Shown here in pieces: positions 13,069 to 24,279 of a DNA stretch of 64,000 nucleotides; positions within the stretch are counted from its first letter, which is position 1; every line of letters begins with the position of its first letter. The stretch spans positions 186,001 to 250,000 of the forward strand of contig QPMI01000106.1 in assembly GCA_004431415.1 (NCBI GenBank). The letters run 5' to 3'. This DNA comes from Cyanophora paradoxa CCMP329. Its lineage: Eukaryota > Plantae > Glaucophyta. A model generated the notes under the pieces. The model did no database searches. It saw only the letters and a program-made list of their open reading frames with translations, and was not told where the DNA came from. The position numbers and the translations under genes were made by a program.

Positions 13069-13266
13069 GCGCCATCGATACCCCCGCCAAGTGCTCGCCC
13101 CTCTACTACCCCCCCTCTCCCTCGAAATCCTTTCCGCACCCTCTCGCCCCCACCGCATCCCCGGCCCCGCCCGAAACCCCGCCCGCCCCGTCCACCCCCT
13201 CTTAACCGCTGTGGTTATATTCTATTCGGTATTCCAGTTCGGACTTGATCTGGGTTCTGGCGCCGC

Positions 13267-14516
13267 TTAGAGGTCGGCCTCCAGGGGCGGGGAGGGCGGG
13301 AAGGCGGGGAACGCGAGCCCCGCGCCGGCGGAGGAGCCGCGCGGGCGCTTGCGCGCCGACTTCTTTCGGAGGGGCGCGCTGACTTCTTTCGGATGGACTT
13401 CGTTCGCCTGGGACCGCAGCGGCTGGGAGACGCCGGCGGAGAGGGGGATACGGGGGAATCGGAAGGCGGGACCGGGTACGCCGCCCTTGTCGCTGCAGCT
13501 GGCCGGCGCCGTGGCCGTGAGCGGGAAGGGGCTCGCGATCGGGACCTGGTCCGGTCCGATGCTGCAGCTGCAGCCGGTCTCCGCTTCCGCGGCGCCGGCG
13601 CCGGTGCCGGCGGGCCCGGGGCGGGCGGCGGTGGAGACGTCGGGGGGGAAGGGCGTGGCGGGGCCCGGGGTCGCGAGGACCGCCGGCGTCGATGCATATG
13701 GGGAGAGGGCGCCGAAGGGGTAGGGGGCCGGGGCCCGCGCGAGGACCTGAGACTCCTGTGCGGCGCCCTCGCCTGCAGCTGTGGCGGCTCCGAATTCGAA
13801 GGCTGTCGGCCGGGGGCGCGCGCGCACTCCTCTGTCAGCCGAGGCCTCGATCTAGATCTCTAGATCTAGATTTAAATCTGGGCACGCGTATGAGCGGCCG
13901 GGGGGGAGGCCATCGTACCGGGACTCTGCACGTGCTCGAGCTCCGGAGGCGGCCGCGGGGGCGGCGGCGTGGTCGACGCCAGCTCGAGTTCGAAAGCGTG
14001 ATCATGAATCACGCCTTGACCCGCGGCCGGTGTTGGCGGAGCTGCTCCAGGGGACTCCAAATTCGCAACTCGAGGCTCTAAATCTGCAGCAGCGCATGCA
14101 GCTGCAGCTGCAGCTGCAGGCGTCTGCAGCTGCGGAGGATCCGCTGCAGCGGCCCCGAGCGCTAGCGCGTTGTCCTCCAGATCGATATCGAGCTCCTCCG
14201 GCGCGTGGACGACGAGACGCGGGGTCGACATGCAACGCCGCGCGGATCGCGCACCGCGCCTCGCCGACCGAGCCCGGCCGGGTGCAGCTGCAGGTGCCGG
14301 GACGGAGGCTGGGGCTGGAACGAGAGTCTCACCGGCCGGCTCCCCTAGGCCTGGAGCCCCTGCAAAATTTCCTCCAGCTGCGCATGCAGCTGAAGCCGTC
14401 GATGTCAACGCCGCACGCAAAGCCTCGGGGCCATGGCCAGCGCCAGCGCCAGCGGCCATGCATATGGCCACGGCGCCGGCATGCGGGAGTGGCTTGCTCT
14501 CCCACAGCACGGTCAC
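13267..14516 (-). CDS. Low-complexity hypothetical protein (possibly a pseudogene)
   Basis: ORFs 13872-14516 and 13267-13827, separated by a palindrome-rich block at 13848-13880. No recognisable domain. Confidence 0.3.
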
Positions 14517-15161
14517 ATCGTCGGCTCTGTGTCCTCGGATCAGCCGTCATTTAAAGTGCGAAATGGCTCTCACGCGCAGAGCGCTTGCGCCCAGAAATCG
14601 ACGGGGGCAAATTTGATCGCGGGCGCAATTTTCGAACGCGCGCACCGCTGCCAGCGCCCGTCGGGCTTCGGGCGGTGCGCGTTCTGCTGGAGCCTCTCGA
14701 ACTCTTCCCGGAGAAGGCTGCGATACGTGTACGACGTACGCGTGAGAGGCGGAGATTATTTAGGGCGACGTCGAGGCGAGATAGAGCTAGGGAGCACGAA
14801 TTCGAATATTTTACTTCACGCGGCGGGCGGTTGGAAGCGAACCTCGGAGGCGACCAGCCCGCTTCTAAATCATCAGCGGCCCCACCGGCCGCAGGCTTTC
14901 GCACGGGGACGAGGAGCGGCCGCCCGCGCGAGTCCGCGGCGATGGAGCGAAACAGCATCGCCGCGCTGGCTGCCGGCTGCTTTTCCACGGACTGCGCGGC
15001 TCGAAATCCACGTGTACGGGCTGCGCGGCTGCAGCTGCGTTTCGGCTTGGCCCGCGAAATCCGAGTCTCCGGTTCGGCTCCGCTCAGAAACTCTTAAAGA
15101 GATAACAGCGGACACAAGCCAGGCCGGCGCGCCGGGCAAACAGTATTAGGAGTGTTTCGGA

Positions 15162-16147
15162 ATGTGTGATCCCGATCACGTCGCGGTGAAAGAAGGCGAG
15201 CTGAGCCTAGACCAGCTCGCCCGCCACGTCTCCTCCAACCACGCCGGAGCGATTGCCACCTTCTCCGGTGCGTGCTGGAGACGCTCGCGGCCGCGCCCTC
15301 GCTCAACGGCGCGCAGGGACGACGAGGGATCACTTCGAGGGGAAGAAGGTGGTGCGGCTCGAGTATGAGGCCTACGTGCCGATGGCCGAGAAGGAGCTCC
15401 GGAGTATCTGCAAGCAGGTGATCGCCGTCTAGGCTCGGCAGGATCGCCCGCCGGGGCGGCCGGAGCCCAGGACCTGAATTGCCGTCCGCGTGCCCCTGGC
15501 AGGTCCGGGAGAAGTGGGAAGTAATGGCTGTCGCCATCGAGCACCGCATCGGAGTCGTGCCTGTCGGGGAGGCCTCCGTGATCATCGCCGTCTCGTCGGT
15601 CCACCGGTTCGCAACGGCCCCCTTTAGCTTCGCGCGCGCGCCCCCCGGCGCCGAGCCCCCGCCGCGCGCCCAGGCGGGAGGCCCTGGAGGCTGTTCATTG
15701 GGCCATCGACGAGCTGAAGGCGCGCGTCCCGATCTGGAAGAAGGAGATGTACGCAGAGGCAGAAGGGGAGGGTGACGAAGACAGCTCCGGTGCGCCTCCC
15801 GCGCGCACCCGCTCTGCGCCGCACGCCGCGCCGGGTGGCCGCCGACCGGCGCGCCCGCAGTGGAGACGAGCGCGTGGAAGGAGAACGCGGAGTACTACGA
15901 GACGCGGGGGATGAAGCCGCCGGAGGCGCCGGCGGCGAGCGCCGCCGCGCCGCACAAGTCCCACAAGCACCACCACCACCACAAGCGACACAGCCACGGG
16001 AGCTCGAGCGACCGCGACAGCACAAGCGCCCACGATTGCATGTGCAAGCGGTCCCGCCCCGCGGACATGCCGATCACCCCTACCAACGGCGGCGCCGGCG
16101 CGTGCGCCGGGGTGAACGGGGTGAGCCCGCGCTCGGACTCCGCATGA
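15162..16147 (+). CDS. MOCS2B: Molybdopterin synthase catalytic (large) subunit, 5 exons, His-rich C-terminal tail
   Basis: GAIATFSG|[27 protein letters not shown]...[22 protein letters not shown]|[24 protein letters not shown]...WKEN matches MoaE/MOCS2B/CNX6. Four GT-AG introns. Confidence 0.95.
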
Positions 16148-16936
16148 CGCCGGCCGCGGCGGCGGCGCCACGGCTGCTGCATGTGAGACAGGAGCTACAG
16201 CTCTTAGAGCAGCGCGCGCGCCGACATTGTACAGGTAGTAGATGCCGAGTTAGTTGTCACAGGGGCCGGTGCAGATCCATCTAGCTTCGGAGCCCTTCGT
16301 AGCTAGATTTCATGGGCGGGGCCTGCCTATCCATCGACATCCACGTCACGGCGTGCACTCCAATTTTGTTGCGAAGTCAGATATGTAGGGTCTTGCATTT
16401 CTACGCCATGATCATGATGCGCAATGTGATTGACTGCGTTACTCGTCTGAATTCAAGATTTTCAACACTCCGAGGCTCGTTTCACTTCCAAGCTCACGCT
16501 TGATCATGAGCTTAAATATAGAGGCCGGCGCGGGCGCTAGCTAGCGCTATATAGCGCTCGCAGCGGCGATCGACATCGAACCTTGAGTTTTAGCTATTAA
16601 TAAGTTAGCATGCGTAGCGAAAGCCAGCAGCAGGCCCAAATTTAAACGGCAAGCGCCCCTATTCGCATGCGAAGCGAAAGCTAGGCCCAAACGGCAAGCG
16701 CCCCTCACGCATCAAAGGTGAATAGCCGTCGAGTCTACCGGTGAGTGAGGGATTCCAAGCGCAAAAAAACAGCATTGGGGGCGCGGGAGGGGAAGGAGCC
16801 AGCGGGGGCCGGCACAGGGGTGGCACAGGGGTAGGGGAGGGAGGACACAGAGGGGCGGAGGCGCGGGCGGGGGCGGGAGAGGCAGAAAAAGAAGGCGCGG
16901 AGGGGTACAGAAATCAAGCTGGACTGGCCCGCCCCC

Positions 16937-17820
16937 CTACGGCTTCTCGTCCTCGAGGCGCTTCCGGACTGAGCGGAGGGCGGCTTCCATTCGCTCGAGC
17001 TCGGCAGTGGCGTTCGGGTTGAACTTGTAGAGGCCGTAGTACAGGTCGAAGCTGTCACGGCAGGTGTTCTCCATAAGGCCCCGCAGCTGCTCGTACCCCC
17101 GCGTGCTGATCTGGGTCGCCGGCGGGTTCAGCACCTCCAGCATACGCCCGACAGTGTGCGTGATGAACTGGCTGCTCGCCGCCTGCCGATCGTGCTCCTC
17201 GCACGACATTTCCACCATCGAGCACCCCTCGTCCTCGAATATCTGCCGGCAGCGCCCAAGGTGACGTTAGCTACGCGGGGGGCAGGGTGGGGCGGCGACT
17301 GGCAGCGCGGCGCGGCGCGGCAGGCGGGCGGGCGGGCGGCGGGCGGGCGGACCTTGAGGAACGCAGCACTGTAGGGGCTGCCTTCGACGCGGACGTTCTC
17401 GTACACCATCGGCAGGCCGCGCCACGAGTCCTTGCCCGACTGGGGGCCGAACATTGGGTGGCAGCACAGCAGGTCGAAGCGCTCGGCGGGCAGCTCCTTC
17501 GACAGGAACTGCTTCGGGAATACCTTCACCGAGAGCACGTCGACGAAGAGCACGCGCGTGGCGCGCTTCCCGTCGTGGAGCGCGTCCAGCCGCATTGACC
17601 TGAACACTTTCTCGAGGGACAGGATGCTGGGGCTGAGCACGACGCAGTCGGGCTGCATTCTGCAGAACTCGTCCATGTCCCGAGTAAAACTAACGCCTAG
17701 CTCCTTTGCGACATCGGCGTAGTCCTGGCGAGACGTCGCAATGACATCGTGCGCGTGCCTGCGAAATCGCGCCGCCAGGAACTGTCCGAAGTTGCCGAAT
17801 CCGACGATGCCTATGCGCAT
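16937..17820 (-). CDS. tyrA: Plant-type arogenate/prephenate dehydrogenase (TyrA), 2 exons
   Basis: Rossmann motif IGIVGFGNFGQFLA, plus FVDVLSVK, HPMFGPQSGK, EMSCEEHDRQAASSQFITHTVGR and DSFDLYYGL. Confidence 0.93.
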
Positions 17821-18085
17821 CCTGGCGCGCTCGACTGTCCGCAGCTGACCGAGGCCAAACGGGCGCGTGCGGCGCGCAGCTGAGGCTCGATTGGGTGACG
17901 ACTGCGATGATTACGCGATAGGCGCTCGTAGCTGCGGCAGGCGCTGCGCTCGGAGTTCGGCAGAGCTGTGGCCGATTTTTCCGGGTACGCGTTTAACAGT
18001 TGGGGGGGGGGGAAGAGAGGGGGGGTTGAAGGCGGTCCGACTCTTTGGTTTTGGCGCGCGCCGCTCGTCATCGCGCCGCGATCCG

Positions 18086-21000
18086 ATGGCTGCAGCTCAG
18101 CGACCGCACCTCAGCGCATGCGCCAGACCCCAGCAACGGAGGAAGGAGAGCAGCAGCGGCACGCGACGTACATGGAGCCGACGGCGCTGGACGACACGTG
18201 CGCGCCCCTGCCGCACGCAGGTGAGCCGCGCATCGATTGCCAACGCGGCGCCGGTCCCGCTGAAAGGCGACCTCGCTGCGAACCCTCGCAGAGACGCCGC
18301 GGCCGGCCGACCTACAGTTCAGGCAAATGCGTAAAGTCCTCGGGATCGACGAGATGATCTACCTCGTCAACGGGCGACGCCTTGGAGCGCCTTGCATGAA
18401 GAGACCGCCGTCGGCGAATGCGCAGCGGGAGGCGAAGCCGCCCTCGCCCGCCGCGCCCGCCGAGCGCCCGCCGCGGCCGGATCGCGACGCGGAAGATGAG
18501 TTTGAAGCGAACCCGATGGCGGCCGCGGCCCCGCGGCGCCCGCCCTCCCGGGACGCTGCTGGCGCCGAGCGGGAGCGGCCCGCCCCTGCCGGCGTACCCC
18601 CCGCCGCCGCCGAGCGGCCGGCCGCAGCGGCGCACCGGCCTTCCTCCGCCGGCGTCGTTCGCCCGGCGCCGGCGGCGGCGGAGCGTCCGCCCTCGGCCGC
18701 CGCGCCCGTCCGCCGCATCCTCGCGCCCGCCGCGTCCCCGGCTCCGCCCCGGCGCTGGGGGCGCCGCGGCGGCGCCTGCGCCGGCGGAGCGGCCGAGCTC
18801 GGCCGGGGGCGCGCGCCCCTCCGAGCGTCCCTCCTCCTCCGCCGCCGCCGCCCTCGCCGCGGCCGCGGCCGCCGCCGCCTCGCCCCCGCGCCTTCAGCCG
18901 AGGAAATCCCCTTCGAAGAGCCCCGCCCCTCCCGCCGAGGAAGAGTCGGACCCTGGTACCCAGTTTCCCTCTCGGCTCTCCCCATCTCCGAGTCCCGCTC
19001 AACTAAACTTCGGCCTTCCGATTAACTTGAATAGCTTCGTGTTACGGCAGGGGTGATTCCCTAGCCAAATCCGGCGCCGAGCTAGTCTAGTTCTCCTAAA
19101 CTTAACTTAACTGAACTAAACTTAACCAAACCAAACCAAACTAAACTTAAGCCGCTTAACCTACTCAATTAACTTCGGCCTTCGGCCTTCCCTCAGGGCG
19201 CGCCTGCGCTGCCAAGTTCTTCGAGACGCACATGCTGGACTACGGGGACCGCATGGAGGACGGGTTCTTCGACCCGGGGCGGGAGCACCCGGCGCTCCCG
19301 GCCCTCGCCCAGTTCCGCGCCGCCCGGCCCCCGGAGACCGTGCGCGCGCCCCCCTCCGCCCTTATACTGACCAAATTATGCTAGCTATACTAGCTTACAC
19401 ACTAACTTACTATGTTAGCAACTTCTAGCTTCTAGATCTTTTTCATGCTTTCCTTGTTGGACTTTAATGTAATATACTGGACTCTCTTAAACGCGCGGAC
19501 CTTGTCTCAACATAACTTTACTCTCCCGAACCAGTACGCGCGGGAGGCGCTGCTCTTCGACGGGCGGACGGACCGCGGGCTCCAGGACCTCCTCCGCGCG
19601 GGGGGCAAGGCCGCCCCCCTGGGGCCCGCCCCCACGGAGACCGAGCTCAAGGCCGCCTCCCGCGCCCTCGCCGTGTTCTGCGCCTCCCAGGTCCTCCTAC
19701 CCCTCCCGGGCTTCATCCCTCCCTCCCTCCCCCCCCCCCCCTAGGCCTCCTGCCCTGCCCCTGCCCCTTCGTACTACCTCTCCCGCGCTTCGTCGCCCCT
19801 CCTGCCCTGCCCCTGCCCTGCCCTGCCCCTGAGCCGCACGTACCCCCCGCAGTTCGGATTCCCCGGCTGGACGCCGGCGGGACATCACGGAGCGTGTGCG
19901 CCGCGCCCCCTTCGCGCCCCCCCCTCCCCCCCTCCCCTCTCTACCCACCTCAGGCCCCCCCCTTCCCCCTCCCCCCCCCTCCCCAAAGATGCTGGCGGAC
20001 GTGCGGGCCGTGATGCACGCGGAGGGGTGCCAGGTCGTCCCCATCGGCAAGGTGCCCGCCCCGCCCCGGCCCCCGCCCAGCTGCAAGCAGACCAAAGCCA
20101 GCGCTCCTGGCGGCGGCGGCGCCGCCGCCGCAGAGGGCCTTGCCTAACGCTAACGCCTTCCCAAGCGCCCCGGGAGCCTGGAGCCCCCGCCCAACAACGC
20201 TAGTGCTAGCTAGCGCCCCCGAGTTGCTACTACGCAGATGGAGAGCCCGAGCTCTAGCTAGCCGAGCTAGCCGGGCTAGCCGGGCTAGCCGGGCTAGCGG
20301 GGCCACGTCGAGGGCCCAGAGCTAGAGAGCGACAAGGCTCAAGGCTAGAGATTTTCATGCCGGGCTAGAGGCGGCTGCGGTGCAGCCTGGGGGCGTGTAT
20401 GGCGTGCGTCGTCTGGGGCTTCTTCTCACCGCACGTGTACCCCCCCCCCGACAGGTGCGGGCCGGCGTCTGCCGCCACCGCGCCCTCCTCTTCAAGTACG
20501 GTGAGTTAGTTGCTTGCCGTACCCCTCCCCCGCTCTTTCGCTGCCGTACCCCTCTTCCCGCTCTTTCGCTGCCGTACCCCCCTCGCGGCTCACCCTGCGG
20601 CCCGCCCGGCCAGTGGCGGACCGGATCGGGCTGCCGTGCCGCCTCGTGCGGGGCCACATGAACGCCGAGCGAGACCTCGCATCGGGGGCGCACGTCTGGT
20701 GCGACTTTTAAACTGTGAATCAGTTGTTTCGAGCTTCTCAAACTCAAAATCGCTCCTCGTTCCCGCAGGAACGTCGTCCTCGTGCGCCGCTACCCCCCTC
20801 CGCCTGCCCGCCCCCCCCCCTCCCGACGCGTCGCTTCGTTCGCAGATCGCGGGCAAGCACTACCTGTGCGACGTTATGATCTACCCCGGCGAGCTGTACG
20901 AGGAGGGCAGCGAGAAGGCCCAGCTCTACGTTCGCATCGAGCGGTGCCCGGGCTTTGAATTCGAATTCCAATTTTCGAATGCTTGAATCGCTCACGTACG

Positions 21001-21165
21001 GCTCGCAGGGTGGGGGCACGGGGCCACGTCGCGGCGGGGGGTATCGGCGGCTCCAGCGTCGCACCCGTCGCCCGCATCGCCGACATCCGCCTGGGCGCCG
21101 GCGGCCCCTCCCCCGCGCCCCCCGCCCCCGCCCCCGCCCGCCGCACCCCAAGGGCGCCGGCCTGA
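18086..21165 (+). CDS. EDR1/CTR1-type (transglutaminase-like) domain protein with no kinase domain
   Basis: Exons encode LDYGDRMEDGFFDPG, REALLFD...D..LQ, VVPIGK|VRAGVCRHRALLFK|YVADRIGLPCRLVRG...HVW|NVVL|IAGKHYLCDVMIYPGELY. The start is uncertain. Confidence 0.8.
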
Positions 21166-21302
21166 GCTCGGAGAGATAGACTGCTTCGAATATACAACAT
21201 GTACATTCCACGAAGACGGAACGATGGAAGCTGCGAGAAACGTGCTTCGAAATCTAGCTGAGGGGCAGGCGGCCCGATCCGCCGCCCGCAAGAGCTACGG
21301 GC

Positions 21303-21856
21303 CTAAGTAAGCGGACAAGGGATGGAAGCAGTGCCGCCCCCGCGACGCGTCGCTCGCCGACTGCCGCGCTGGGTTGCATGCGCGCGGCCGGAGCTGCCGC
21401 GCGCGTGGGGCTGATCAACGGTCGACTGGGCGAGCGGTTTGTGCGCTCCGGCCGCGGCAATGAAAACGATGGCCAGCGATGCTGTCGCGCGCTTCACGTG
21501 AGCGACAGGAGTATCTCCGAGGCGCTTGGGGGCTGTCGTTCGCTGGCCATGGCGCCAGCGCCGGCTGCGGCTGCGGTTGTCGTCGAGTTGCCCTGCGCGT
21601 CCCGCTCGCGAAGCGCCTCCGCCGAGCACGTCGGGGAGACCTCCGTCGCATCCAGGTGCACGTCGCTCATGTACGCGAACGCCCGCCAGCTCGCGAGGCG
21701 CGCCTGCTTGTCGTCCTTCACGTCGGGGAGGTGCTGCGCCGCCAAGATGGCGACGATGGCGAAATGCACTGCGAACACGACCGAGGCGATTAACAGCGCT
21801 CGATCGCTCCAACGCGTGCGCGCCGGCCGCTGGACGCTCGGGCCCGGCAGCTCCAT
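21303..21856 (-). pseudogene. Fragment resembling the N-terminus of an acid sphingomyelinase/PPN1-like metallophosphoesterase
   Basis: TM anchor (ALLIASVVFAVHFAIVAILAA), then FAYMSDVHLD (first DxH motif), then a stop. Later motifs not found. Confidence 0.35.
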
Positions 21857-22072
21857 CAAGACCAGGACCCCGCCGCCCTCGCGGACGCGAATCGAGTATA
21901 AGCTCCCGAGCTTCTGGACAGGTGGCTGCTGTAGCTGCTGCTGCTGGCATGCGCAGCTGGCAGCTTGCTGCTTGCTGGTCTGACGGGTACGGATCAATTC
22001 GCAAGCTGACGCGAAGAGCAGCCTCCGGAGTCGCGGCGCGAACTTTGGGAGCTTATTCGAGTGGCAGACGCC

Positions 22073-23817
22073 ATGGCGAGCCCCCGCCGACCCCAGCGCC
22101 AGCCCACGCCGTGCACGCACGGGCCACCGAGCTCGGCGTTCGCCGTCGCACTCCGCGGATCGGCGCGGTTCGCGGGCGTCCCACTTGTGCTTGCCGGACC
22201 GGCCGCGTCGACCGGCGAGCGCTGCATGTGCCAATCGAGGTGCCGGCGTGCAAGCGCCGCAGCGAGTCCACGGCCGCTGCGGCAGAGCGAGTTCACGCAC
22301 TCGGGCTACCGGGACCGCTTCTTCGGTTCCAGGGCCGCGCGCGCCCCCCCGGCGGCGGTCCCCGTCCCCGTTTCGAGCGGCCTGCTGCCGCTGGACGCCC
22401 TGCAGCTCCAGCACGCGGCGTCGGCGCTCCTGGCAATCCAGAGCGATGTCTCTGCCTTCCTGCAGCGCGGGCTGCAGAGCGCCGCGCTCCTCGCGGTGCA
22501 GAACGACGCTGAGTTCTTGGACGGGCCCTCGTCCTCGGACCTAGCCCTCTTCCAGCTCTACAGCGCACTTAGCGATTCCGCGCCTTACGTCAGCGCGGCC
22601 TTCTGGGCCGGCGCCCTCTGGTTCGGCTGGAACGAGGAGCGGCGCGGGGCCGAGCCCGTGGTCGAATTCTTCTACAGGCGCGTCGCGCCGCTGCTCGGCG
22701 TGCCAGCTGAGGCGCTGGCGCCTCCGGCGGAGGCGGAGGGCGAAGATGACGGCGTCGTATCCCCCACGGTCCGCACGCCCGCGCCGCGCCGCGCCCCGCG
22801 CCGGCGCCGGCCGACTTGACGACGTCGCCCGGCCGGCGGCGCTCGCTCGGCAGGACCCGTGGGGCCGAGCGGCGCGGCGCAAGGCGGAGGAGGCGGAGGC
22901 GGCGGGGCGCGCGGGCGAGCGCGCGGCGGAGCTCGCGCGCCGCGTCGCGACCCTCCTCAGCGTGGCGCGACCCTGCACCTTTTACCCCTCAAACAATACT
23001 AGAGCGAAGTTGAATAGTTAGAGCTGATCGCCGTACCCACCAGTTCCCCTTCTTCCTGGTGGGGTACATGCTGGACTCGACCATCCAGAGCGTTCTCGGG
23101 GACGGCTGGCCCCTCTCCTCCGGCATCCTCGCCTTCGTTTCGGGTACCCCCCGCCGCTTTCCTCCCCCCTCCCGCATCCGTCCATGAACCCCCCCGCAGC
23201 GCAGGTGTACGAGATCGCGCGGCCGAAGGCCCTGACGCCCGACGAGGCGGAGAAGGCGCGCCCCGTACCCCGCCCACCCCCTTTTGAAAGTTCCACCCGC
23301 CAGGATCCGAACCCGCGCGCGGTGCAGGAGATTCGGCTGGCGGAGGACTTCGCTTCGTTCGCTCGGGAGCGCCTCGAGGCGCGGCCGGACGCCTCCGTCC
23401 ACATCACGGTAGCCCGGAGCCTCCGCCCGCGATCCCCCCCTTCTCCTCCCCCCTTACTCTGCACCCTGTACCCCGCAGGACATCTCTCGGGCCTTCCGCC
23501 TCCAGTTCGGCCGGTGCGCGCGGCTCAGGGCTCCTCAGCTGAACCGGATCCGGCTACCGGTATCCGGCCTGATCGCGCCCGGCCCTGCCCGGCTCGCCCC
23601 TCAGGTACCGCACGGAGTCCCAGCTCCCCGAGGCCGCCATCCGGCGCCTCATGCGGCGCACGTACCCCGCCTCGCCCAGGCGCGCGCGCCCCTCGCCCCT
23701 CGTCCCTCCACCCTCCGCCCGCCCCTCCTCGCCCTGACTCCGCCGGGCAGGACGCGGGGCGGCTTCTACAAGGGCGTCGCCCTCAAGCCCTCGGCCCGCG
23801 ACGCCGCCTTCCGCTGA
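22073..23817 (+). CDS. Probable plastid-targeted membrane protein related to a small conserved cyanobacterial protein
   Basis: Transit-like Ser/Ala/Arg-rich N-terminus. Exons FWAGALWFGW, FPFFLVGYMLDSTIQSVLGDGWPLSSGILAF, VYEIARPK, FASFARERL, ISRAFRLQF, GFYKGVAL...*. Homology is recalled from memory, not searched. Confidence 0.65.
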
Positions 23818-24279
23818 GGCGCCGGCGGCCTTCAATTCCCTCCCGCGCCCTCTTCGTCCCTAAGCTTTGAGGCCTCTGAGGGCCTTCTTGACCTTCGTTT
23901 GCCAAGTTGCTCCGGCCCCGCGCCGCCCCCCCTCCTACCTACCTAGCCTCTACGTGCACGCGTTCAGTTTTGGATCCCACGCCACTCCCGCCGCCCGGCG
24001 GCCTCTGCCCCAGGCCCCGCGGCCGCGCACGATTTGGAATGCTGAATCCTAAGTTTGTACGCCAAAACACACACAGGAGCCAAATGAACTGAACTGATGA
24101 AGTAAAGGAATGTTCTATCTCGCAAGATTAAAGCTTAGTAAGCAAAGAAATTCAATCGTTATTGCCGTGGGGCGCGCGGCGCGCGGCCGCGCGCCGTCGG
24201 GCGGGGGGCCGCCCCGCCGCCGCCGCCGCGAGGCGCGCGGGGGCAGGCCCCTCTCTCGCGCTGATTCTGGTGCTCCTAC

